Part shown: piece by piece, positions 1 through 10,484 of the stretch
Layout of the letters: each line of letters starts with the position of its first letter
How positions within the stretch are numbered: position 1 is the stretch's first letter
NCBI GenBank assembly: GCA_036559505.1
Contig: DATBTA010000306.1
Span: forward strand, 1-36,449
Direction of reading: 5' to 3'
Length of the DNA stretch: 36,449 bases
From: Pseudolabrys sp.
GTDB lineage: Bacteria; Pseudomonadota; Alphaproteobacteria; Rhizobiales; Xanthobacteraceae
Made by a program: the position numbers and the translations under genes
The notes under the pieces: generated by a model
Told to the model about the DNA's origin: nothing
Database searches by the model: none
Seen by the model: only the letters and a program-made list of their open reading frames with translations

Positions 1-2
1 TT

Positions 3-1481
3 CACATTCCGGTGGGCTATCTGTTTGCGATCGGAAATCCGCGCGCCGACTGGCTGCTCAGGACCGAAGCGCAGCCAGGGCTGAACGGGCGCAGCCTGAA
101 TTATCCGCGCGGCAAGGTGGTGGGCGGGTCGTCGGCGATCAACGGAATGATCTACATGCTCGGCCAGTCGGCCGATTACGACAATTGGCGCCAGCTCGGT
201 CTGCCCGGATGGTCGTGGGAGGACGTGCGGCCCTATTTCCGCAAACACGTCGATCACTTTCTGAAAAGCGACCATCACGCGGCTGGCGGGGAATGGCGAG
301 TCGAGTATCCGCGCCTGAGCTGGGAAATTCTCGACGCCTTCCGGGAGGCAGCAAATCAATATGGAATTCCCACTGTCGATGACTTCAACACGGGCGACAA
401 CGAAGGCATCTGTTATTTCCACGTCAATCAGAAGCGCGGCCGGCGCTGGTCGGCGGCGCGTGGATTCCTCAAGCCGGTCCTGCACCGGCAAAATCTCCAG
501 CTTGAGACCGGCTGCCTTGTCGAAGGGCTGGAGCTGACGGGCAGGCGTGTTACCGGAGTGCAGTGGCGACAGAACGGCGAGCAGCGCATTGCGCGCAGCC
601 GTGGCGAGGTGATCCTGGCCGCGGGCTCCATTGGCTCACCGCACATCCTGATGCTGTCGGGAGTGGGTCCGGCCGCGCAGTTGTCCAAATTTGGCATTCC
701 GGTCGCGCTCGACAGACCGGGGGTCGGCGCCAATCTGCACGATCACTTGCAGCTGCGCATGATTTACAAGGTGTCGGGTGTGAAAACGCTGAATGAGACC
801 TACGCTTCGCTCTTCAATCGTGTTGGGATGGGATTGAACTATGCATTCCGTCGACGCGGGCCGATGACAATGGCGCCGTCGCAGCTTGGCGCCTTTACCA
901 GGTCCGATTCGACGCAGGACCGCGCCAATATTCAGTACCATGTGCAGCCGCTGTCGCTCGACAAGTTCGGCGAGCCACTGCACCCGTTTCCGGCCTTTAC
1001 CGCGAGTGTGACCAATGTCCGCCCGACCAGCCGCGGCGCGCTCACGCTCAAATCAGCCGATCCGGCCGCGTCGCCGGCGATCAGCCCAAATTATCTGTCG
1101 ACCCCGGAAGACCAGCGGGTCGCGGCCGATTCGATCCGGGTCACCCGAGGGATCGTGCAGCAACCCGCGCTGCAGAGATACTCACCCATCGAGTATCTCC
1201 CCGGCGATTCGACCGGAAATGACGATGAGGCCGGCCTGATCAAGGCCGCGGGCGATATCGGCACTACGATTTTCCATCCCGTAGGCACTGCCCGGATGGG
1301 CCGGGACGATGACGCACGGGCGGTGGTCGATGCCCGGCTTCGGGTCATCGGCATGGAAAGACTACGGGTTGTTGATGCCTCGGTTATGCCGTCGATCACG
1401 TCCGGGAACACCAATTCACCGACAATGATGATTGCGGAAAAAGCCTCGGCGATGATTTTGGAGGATCAAAAACGTCTATAA
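3..1481 (+). CDS. GMC-family FAD oxidoreductase (choline dehydrogenase-like), 5'-truncated by the window edge
   Basis: The frame is open from base 3 (HIPVGYLFAIGNPR). GMC motifs are RGKVVGGSSAINGMIY, GVGANLHDHLQ, HPVGTARMG and RVVDASVMPSITSGNTNSPT (His/Asn active-site pair). The N-terminal GxGxxG lies outside the window. Confidence 0.9.
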   Translation, partial: HIPVGYLFAIGNPRADWLLRTEAQPGLNGRSLNYPRGKVVGGSSAINGMIYMLGQSADYDNWRQLGLPGWSWEDVRPYFRKHVDHFLKSDHHAAGGEWRVEYPRLSWEILDAFREAANQYGIPTVDDFNTGDNEGICYFHVNQKRGRRWSAARGFLKPVLHRQNLQLETGCLVEGLELTGRRVTGVQWRQNGEQRIARSRGEVILAAGSIGSPHILMLSGVGPAAQLSKFGIPVALDRPGVGANLHDHLQLRMIYKVSGVKTLNETYASLFNRVGMGLNYAFRRRGPMTMAPSQLGAFTRSDSTQDRANIQYHVQPLSLDKFGEPLHPFPAFTASVTNVRPTSRGALTLKSADPAASPAISPNYLSTPEDQRVAADSIRVTRGIVQQPALQRYSPIEYLPGDSTGNDDEAGLIKAAGDIGTTIFHPVGTARMGRDDDARAVVDARLRVIGMERLRVVDASVMPSITSGNTNSPTMMIAEKASAMILEDQKRL

Positions 1482-1508
1482 TCGGCCGCGGATGAATGGA
1501 GGGGTGTC

Positions 1509-2075
1509 ATGAATCTCGTGGACCGAATCAAGGGGATCCTGCTGCAGCCGAAGTCGGAATGGTCGAAGATCGATTCTGAGCCGGGCGACGCTGGCTATCT
1601 TATTTCTAACTATGTTGCGATTCTGGCTGCCATTGCGCCAATTTGTACTTTTATCGGTACATCGATTATCGGCATCGGGGGCGCACGCATCGGTATTGGC
1701 CTCGGGCTCTTTCGTGCCGTCGTTGTTTACGTGTTGACGCTGATCGGCTTTTTCGTTGTCGGTTACATCATTGATTTCCTCGCTGGCACGTTTGGTGCCC
1801 GCAAGAATCTCGCAAGCGCTATGAAAGTATCGGCCTATGCGCCGACCGCCGCCTGGCTTGCCGGCGTGTTCAATATTCTTCCGGCGCTGAGCTTTCTGTC
1901 GATCCTCGGTCTCTACAGCCTGTACCTGCTGTACACGGGCATCGGCGCGCTGATGAAGCCGGCGTCGAGCAATGCGCTGATCTACACGATCGCGGTGATC
2001 GTGTGCGCAATCATCGTCTGGGTTGTCATCCTCGCCATCCCGGTCATGCTGTTCGGAATGGGTACGATGATGTAG
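1509..2075 (+). CDS. Yip1-family multi-pass membrane protein
   Basis: The N-terminus MNLVDRIKGILLQPKSEW, about 5 hydrophobic segments and the LYSLYLLYTG motif are typical of bacterial Yip1 proteins. RBS-like GGAGG lies upstream. Confidence 0.8.
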   Translation: MNLVDRIKGILLQPKSEWSKIDSEPGDAGYLISNYVAILAAIAPICTFIGTSIIGIGGARIGIGLGLFRAVVVYVLTLIGFFVVGYIIDFLAGTFGARKNLASAMKVSAYAPTAAWLAGVFNILPALSFLSILGLYSLYLLYTGIGALMKPASSNALIYTIAVIVCAIIVWVVILAIPVMLFGMGTMM

Positions 2076-2082
2076 CGACGGC

Positions 2083-4500
2083 TCAAGGCAATGCCTTGAG
2101 GTGACGGATCGGGCGGCCGGGCGCGATCGCCTGCGCCGCCGCGACGATGGCGTTCGCATCGATTCCATAGTGACGATAAAGGTCGGCCAGCGAGCCGGTC
2201 TGGCCGAAATGCTCGACGCCGAGCGGCCGCACGCGATGACCAGCGACCGCGCCGAGCCAGGCCAATGTCGCCGGATGTCCGTCGAGCACGCTGACGACGC
2301 CGCAATGCGACGGCGCGTCGGCGAGCAGGCGCTCGATATGTGAGCGCGCGTGAACAAGGCCACGTTCGCGGGCGCGCTGCGCGGCAGTCCAGCCGGCATT
2401 GAGGCGATCGGCGGACGTGATTGCCAGCAAGCCGACGTCGCGACGGTCTTCCGCCATCAGGCCAACGGCCTCGATCGCTTCCGGCGCGACCGCGCCGGTA
2501 TAGGCGACGACGACCTGGCAATTCGGGCCAGGTTTGCGGTGCCAATAGGCGCCGTCGACGATCTGCTGCTGCAGCTCGGCCGTCATTTGCCGCTTGATCT
2601 GCTCGATCGGGCGGGTCGAGAGACGCAGGTAAACCGAGCCGCCGGTTTCATCGCGCAGCCAGTTGTGCTCCGATGGCGCCGCATCGCCGTCTTTCTGAAT
2701 ATAGGTGAAGGCCCACCGCATGATGGCGGCGAGTTCGTCGACATAGGCCGGCTCGAAGCTGGCGAGCCCGTCTTGCGCGAGCCCGATCAGGGGCTCGGCG
2801 ATCGACTGGTGCGCGCCGCCTTCGCCTGCAAGCGTTATCCCCGACGGCGTTGCAACGACAATGAAGCGCGCATCCTGGTAGCAGGCGTAATTAAGCGCAT
2901 CGAGGCCGCGCGCGATGAAGGGATCGTACAGGGTTCCGATTGGCAGCAGCCGCTCACCATTGATCGTGTGCGACAGCCCGAGCGCCGACAGCAGGATGAA
3001 CAGGTTCATCTCGGCGATGCCAAGTTCGATGTGCTGGCCTTTCGGGGAGAACTCCCAGTTGAACGTCGAGGGAATCTGCTCCCGCTTGAACGTATCGGCC
3101 ATCGCCTGACGGGCGAACAGGCCGCGCCGGTTCACCCACGGGCCCAGATTGGTCGAGACCGTCACGTCCGGCGATGTCGTGACGATGTGACGGGCAAATT
3201 CGCTGTCGCCGCGCCCAATTTCATTGAGAATGGCGCCAAACCCGGTTTGCGTGGACATGACCGGCTGGACGGTTACTGCGAGGCTGTCCGGCACATCGAC
3301 GGTCGGCGCCGTGAGACGCCGCGGACTACCCGTTGCGATCGGCACGCGCGCGAGGAACGACTGAAGGTGCTCCGCGGCAGGCTGCAGTCCTTCGAACCTG
3401 TCCCATTCGTGACCTGGCCGCACACCCATGGCCTGCCGGAACGTCTCCATCTGTTGCGGCGTCATCAGCCCGGCGTGGTTGTCCTTATGGCCGGCGAAGG
3501 GCAATCCGAAGCCCTTGACCGTGTAGCAAATGAAGCAGGTCGGCTTCGCCGGGTCGGCACTGTGGAAGGCATCGAGAACCGATGGAAGGTCATGCCCGCC
3601 GAGATTGTTCATCAGGGCCGCGAGCTCGTCGTCGCTCCGCTTTTCGATCAGCCTGCTGACGTCGCCCTGGTCGCCGATCTCATCGTTGAGTCGCTTGCGC
3701 CAGGCCGCGCCGCCCGCAAACACCAATGCCGAGTAGAGTTGATTGGGACAATTGTCGATCCAGCGGCGCAAGGTCTCGCCGCCAGGCTCCTTGAAGGCCG
3801 CCTCCTGAAGCGAGCCGTATTTGACGATGGCGACGTCCCAGCCGAAGTTCTTGAATAGCTGCTCGTACCGCTCCCACAAGCCTTCGCGCACGACGGCGTC
3901 GAGGCTCTGGCGGTTGTAGTCGATGATCCACCAGCAATTGCGCAGGCCCTGCTTCCAGCCTTCGAGCAACGCCTCGAAGATGTTGCCCTCGTCGAGCTCG
4001 GCATCGCCGACCAGCGCGACCATTCGTCCTTCAGGCCGCGCGAGACCCCAGCCATGCGCGCGCACGTAGTCCTGCGTAAGCGAGGAAAATAAAGTCTGCG
4101 CGACGCCGAGACCGACCGAGCCGGTGGAGAAGTCGACGTCGTCGACGTCTTTGGTGCGGGAGGGATAGCTCTGCGCGCCCTTGTAGCCACGAAACGCCTC
4201 CAGGCGTTCGCGCGATTGATTGCCGAGCAGATATTGGATGGCGTGGAAGATCGGACTGGCGTGCGGTTTGACGGCGACGCGATCCTGCGGCCGCAACACG
4301 TCGAAATAGAGCGCGGTCATGATGGTCGCGAGCGACGCGCTCGATGCCTGGTGGCCGCCGACCTTCAAGCCGTCGTCGTTCTCGCGCAGGTGATTGGCGT
4401 TATGGATCATCCAGCTCGCAAGCCACAGCACCTTGCGCTCCAGCGCGGCAAGTGTGTCCAGGTCGTCGCGCTTGCTCGGGCTACTGGTGCTCTTGGACAT
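2083..4500 (-). CDS. AceE-like thiamine-diphosphate-dependent enzyme (homodimeric 2-oxoacid dehydrogenase E1 / transketolase-like)
   Basis: 805 aa with KVGGHQASSAS, KPHASP, QSYPS, STGSVGLG, the ThDP motif GDAELDEG...N, ELGIAEMN and EGGAHQS. Confidence 0.85.
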   Translation of the reverse strand: MSKSTSSPSKRDDLDTLAALERKVLWLASWMIHNANHLRENDDGLKVGGHQASSASLATIMTALYFDVLRPQDRVAVKPHASPIFHAIQYLLGNQSRERLEAFRGYKGAQSYPSRTKDVDDVDFSTGSVGLGVAQTLFSSLTQDYVRAHGWGLARPEGRMVALVGDAELDEGNIFEALLEGWKQGLRNCWWIIDYNRQSLDAVVREGLWERYEQLFKNFGWDVAIVKYGSLQEAAFKEPGGETLRRWIDNCPNQLYSALVFAGGAAWRKRLNDEIGDQGDVSRLIEKRSDDELAALMNNLGGHDLPSVLDAFHSADPAKPTCFICYTVKGFGLPFAGHKDNHAGLMTPQQMETFRQAMGVRPGHEWDRFEGLQPAAEHLQSFLARVPIATGSPRRLTAPTVDVPDSLAVTVQPVMSTQTGFGAILNEIGRGDSEFARHIVTTSPDVTVSTNLGPWVNRRGLFARQAMADTFKREQIPSTFNWEFSPKGQHIELGIAEMNLFILLSALGLSHTINGERLLPIGTLYDPFIARGLDALNYACYQDARFIVVATPSGITLAGEGGAHQSIAEPLIGLAQDGLASFEPAYVDELAAIMRWAFTYIQKDGDAAPSEHNWLRDETGGSVYLRLSTRPIEQIKRQMTAELQQQIVDGAYWHRKPGPNCQVVVAYTGAVAPEAIEAVGLMAEDRRDVGLLAITSADRLNAGWTAAQRARERGLVHARSHIERLLADAPSHCGVVSVLDGHPATLAWLGAVAGHRVRPLGVEHFGQTGSLADLYRHYGIDANAIVAAAQAIAPGRPIRHLKALP

Positions 4501-4523
4501 CGGAATAGGTCGTTGCGCGACGG

Positions 4524-5510
4524 CTATTTGCGGTTTTCGTTGGCGATGCTGGTCTTCTTGTCGGGTGCTTCAAGCACGCCTTTGCAGGCAGCCGGCAGAT
4601 CCGCGAGCATGGTCTGTCGTCCCGGCGGCCCCGGCTTTCTCGGGGGAATGACCTTGTCGGAGAACCAGAAGTCCAGCTCCTTCGGGCCACACCCGTCGCT
4701 TCCGGATACCGGCTCCTGTGCCTTGCATTGCGGGGAATCGACCGGACATCTCAGCCGGACATGAATGTGATCGTGGTGGCCATACCAGGGCCGCACCTTC
4801 GCCATCCAGGCATGCGGCTGATTGGCCTCCACGCGGCACAGCTCCTTCTTGATAGCGGCGTTGACCAGCACCCGCTCGACCTCGGGTTGCTGCGCTGCGG
4901 CCTTGATGAAGGCGACGTGTTGCGGCGTCCACGTCTGCGGGTTCAGACGCTTCCAGTCTGCGGCAACCAGATTGCTGGCTTGGATCGTGTCGCGTTCCTC
5001 TTTGCTCAGCACATGATCCGGCATCGGCATAAACCAGATGTCGACGTCGAGGCCGGTCTGGTGACTCGCATGGTCCGACACCGAGGGCCCGCCACGCGGC
5101 TGTGCCAAATCGCCGACAAGGATTCCGTTCCAGCCCGTTGCCTTCGATGCCTGGGCGGCAAATTTCTCGATGAAGTGAACGAGGCTCGGGTGTCCCCAAT
5201 TACGGTTGCGTGACAGCCGCATCGCCTGCCAGTTCGGCCCGTTGACCGGCAACTCAACGCCGCCCGAAAGGCAGCCACGGTGGTAGTATCCGACTGCCAT
5301 GGACTTGCCTACGGACGGCAGCGCCTTGGCCCCGAACAATGTCTTCGCCGGCACCGCTTTCTCGCGGGCCTTTTCGGTCACTGCCGGCTTGGCTGGCGGC
5401 ACCGGCGCCGCGGCGGCTGGAGTTTGCGCGGCCGCAATCCGCCCCGCCACAGCGAGAATTCCGACCGCAATGAAAGGCAGTCCCGACAGGGACGCGATCC
5501 GAGTGCGCAT
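4524..5510 (-). CDS. mepA: Penicillin-insensitive murein DD-endopeptidase
   Basis: Signal peptide; SRNRNWGHP, HASHQTGLDVD and HHDHIHVRL Zn-ligand motifs; conserved Cys residues. Confidence 0.9.
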   Translation of the reverse strand: MRTRIASLSGLPFIAVGILAVAGRIAAAQTPAAAAPVPPAKPAVTEKAREKAVPAKTLFGAKALPSVGKSMAVGYYHRGCLSGGVELPVNGPNWQAMRLSRNRNWGHPSLVHFIEKFAAQASKATGWNGILVGDLAQPRGGPSVSDHASHQTGLDVDIWFMPMPDHVLSKEERDTIQASNLVAADWKRLNPQTWTPQHVAFIKAAAQQPEVERVLVNAAIKKELCRVEANQPHAWMAKVRPWYGHHDHIHVRLRCPVDSPQCKAQEPVSGSDGCGPKELDFWFSDKVIPPRKPGPPGRQTMLADLPAACKGVLEAPDKKTSIANENRK

Positions 5511-5545
5511 GCTTCCGATTTAGCGACTTCGGTGCCGCCTGTCAG
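5511..5545 (-). promoter_or_regulatory. Putative sigma70 promoter of mepA (leaderless-type spacing)
   Basis: The minus strand reads CTGACA-N17-TAAATC (GCTAAATC context)-N6-ATG. Confidence 0.5.
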
Positions 5546-5643
5546 GTCAATTCGCCGTTCGCCATCCCCGGTTCCCGTGGATTGCGGGCGCGGGCGGTGC
5601 AGAATTTGCAGGAAACAAAGGAGCTTATGGGCTCAAATTCCGA

Positions 5644-7449
<1,806 letters not shown>

Positions 7450-7485
7450 GGCGCGGCAGATAACACCCGGCTAGGGCACCTTCAA
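7450..7485 (-). promoter_or_regulatory. Putative promoter of lepA (leaderless-type spacing)
   Basis: The minus strand reads TTGAAG-N17-TATCTG-N7-ATG, with no Shine-Dalgarno before the ATG. Confidence 0.5.
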
Positions 7486-7490
7486 GTTAG

Positions 7491-7542
7491 CGTTTGGGAC
7501 GCGATGCCCTCCAAACGAGATGGCCGGGACAAAGCCCGGCCA
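7491..7542. repeat. Remnant of a palindromic interspersed (REP/RIME-like) element with two adjacent hairpins
   Basis: Stems are CGTTTGG(7491-7497)/CCAAACG(7511-7517) and TGGCCGGG(7521-7528)/CCCGGCCA(7535-7542). GATGGCCGGGACAAAGCCCGGCCA resembles the GATGGCCGGGACAAGCCCGGCCATGAC-type intergenic repeat I recall from Bradyrhizobium relatives. Confidence 0.65.
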
Positions 7543-7567
7543 CAATACGGTCGAATTTGGCCAGCGC

Positions 7568-8980
<1,413 letters not shown>

Positions 8981-9019
8981 GACAGTTCCTGGCTGATAGG
9001 GATTGTTTGGCTGGGCGTG

Positions 9020-9048
9020 CCTATAACAGCCCGCCGCCGACGCCGCAA
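9020..9048 (-). promoter_or_regulatory. Putative sigma70 promoter of ahcY
   Basis: The minus strand reads TTGCGG-N17-TATAGG, about 40 bp upstream of the ATG. Confidence 0.55.
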
Positions 9049-9053
9049 TGAAT

Positions 9054-9073
9054 ATATAAAGAATTCTTTATGT
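9054..9073. promoter_or_regulatory. Probable SahR (ArsR-family, SAM-sensing) operator upstream of ahcY
   Basis: ATATAAAGAATTCTTTATGT has a perfect 16-bp palindromic core (9056-9071) and is AT-rich in a GC-rich background. It matches the alphaproteobacterial SahR motif as I recall it (ATATAAAGnnnnCTTTATAT). Confidence 0.75.
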
Positions 9074-9094
9074 AGTGCGGGCCGAGCGGAGTAT

Positions 9095-9394
9095 TCAGTC
9101 GTCCTCGCCGAAGCCGCCTTCGACCAGCTTGCACAATGATTCGACCGCCTTCGCCGCATCTTTGCCGATCGCCTTGATCGTGATGGAAATCCCGGGGCCA
9201 GCGGCCAGCATCATCAACCCCATGATCGAAGTTCCGCCGACCGTTTCGTGGCCGCGGGTCACGGTAATGGCGGCATCAAATTGCTCGGCGGTCTGCACGA
9301 ATTTCGCGGACGCGCGGGCGTGCAATCCCTTCTTGTTGACGATCTCCACCTCGCGCGAGACAGGAGTCTCGTCCGCTGAAGCGCGGGGAGTCAT
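9095..9394 (-). CDS. npr: HPr-family phosphocarrier protein (NPr/HPr)
   Basis: NKKGLHARASAK carries the phospho-His and SIMGLMML the regulatory Ser. It overlaps the EIIA stop by 4 bp. Confidence 0.9.
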   Translation of the reverse strand: MTPRASADETPVSREVEIVNKKGLHARASAKFVQTAEQFDAAITVTRGHETVGGTSIMGLMMLAAGPGISITIKAIGKDAAKAVESLCKLVEGGFGEDD

Positions 9395-9792
9395 TTTCCG
9401 TTGAGGACACGGCTGGCGATCGTACAGTACTTGCGGCCGGCTTCCTGGGCGGCGGCGACGGCATCCTGCAGTGGGCTGATCTCGCGGATTTTGGCGAGCT
9501 TGATGAGCATGGGTAGGTTGATACCGGCCAATACCTCGACCTTCGGCTGGCTCATCACCGAAATGGCGAGGTTGGACGGGGTGCCCCCGAACATGTCGGT
9601 CAGGATCGCGACGCCTTCGCCGCTATCCACCCGCTTGACCGCCTCAAGAATGTTCTTGCGGCACTGCTCAACGTCGTCGTCGGGCCCAATCGTAATCGCT
9701 TCAATCTGGCGTTGAGGGCCGACCACATGCTCCAACGCTGAGCGGAACTCGATGGCGAGCCGCCCGTGGGTCACTAATACGAGGCCGATCAT
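9391..9792 (-). CDS. manX: PTS EIIA component, mannose/fructose family
   Basis: MIGLVLVTHG, TDMFGGTPSN and GINLPML. Start moved from the ORF-track 9921 to ATG 9792, which has GAGGAG upstream. Confidence 0.9.
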   Translation of the reverse strand: MIGLVLVTHGRLAIEFRSALEHVVGPQRQIEAITIGPDDDVEQCRKNILEAVKRVDSGEGVAILTDMFGGTPSNLAISVMSQPKVEVLAGINLPMLIKLAKIREISPLQDAVAAAQEAGRKYCTIASRVLNGK

Positions 9793-9882
9793 CCCTGGCT
9801 CCTCGCGGGCGCTACGCTGCACCGCACGATAGGGCGCGCATTCACGCCCATCTGAAGCCCCATTGCAAGGGCTCGGCACGCT

Positions 9883-9911
9883 ATATAGGTGTTCTGCTGC
9901 ACTGCGGAAAG
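9883..9911 (-). promoter_or_regulatory. Putative promoter of the manX-npr pair
   Basis: The minus strand reads CTTTCC-N17-CTATAT, against the rhizobial sigma70 consensus CTTGAC-N17-CTATAT. Confidence 0.45.
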
Positions 9912-10031
9912 ATGGGGCCAAGATGGGCTCGGGGCGTACGTTTTTGGACGGTGCGCGATCCTAGGCCCTGTGTGGTTAATTTTCTCAGTTTGGGTCGGGG
10001 TGCCGGGGGTAGCCCAGATTTCTGCGACAGG

Positions 10032-10484
10032 TCAATTGCCTGCGGGGAATGTCCTTAAGGCCGCCAACACCGTCGGCAGGGCGGCCGTTTCTGCTGCGAC
10101 GGCAAGTCGCGGAATTGTAACTCCCGCGATCGAAGCGGTCGTGGCTCCGGCTGCGGGAAGCCGCGCGGCATCCGTCGCAGCAAGGTCGATCACCCACCCA
10201 ACAACAGCAATGGGCTCAAACGGTAGCCTCCTGATGCCTAAGCCGTGGATTTCAATAAGGCCGCTCAGCGCCTGCGCCGGCCGCACCAGCAATCGGCCTG
10301 ATTCGCCAACCACCTGAAGCCGGTCGTCTCCCACAAGGCGAGTGAACGTCAGCAGCCCTTGCGACGCGGCATTGATGAGATTCCATGCCAACAAGGATTT
10401 GCCTGAGCCGGACGGCCCCCGAATGAGAACGGCCTTGGGTCCGGCGAGAACGGCCGAGGCATGAATGGTGGAATCTGCAGCCAT
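10032..10484 (-). CDS. hprK: HPr kinase/phosphorylase, short alphaproteobacterial form
   Basis: IHASAV, Walker A GPSGSGKS, VGDDR and GLIEIHGLGI; coupled to the chvG stop. Confidence 0.85.
   Translation of the reverse strand: MAADSTIHASAVLAGPKAVLIRGPSGSGKSLLAWNLINAASQGLLTFTRLVGDDRLQVVGESGRLLVRPAQALSGLIEIHGLGIRRLPFEPIAVVGWVIDLAATDAARLPAAGATTASIAGVTIPRLAVAAETAALPTVLAALRTFPAGN

Noticed and set aside
8981-9094. Possible SAH or SAM riboswitch upstream of ahcY
   Set aside because: The predicted leader is too short and I see no riboswitch core; the palindrome is better explained as a protein operator.
9793-9921. 43-aa N-terminal extension of EIIA(Man) in the ORF track
   Set aside because: The family N-terminus MIGLVLVTHG and an RBS place the start at 9792; the extension covers the promoter region.
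10032-10484. Short hprK as a pseudogene
   Set aside because: Alphaproteobacterial HprK normally lacks the N-terminal domain; the Walker A and DD motifs are intact.
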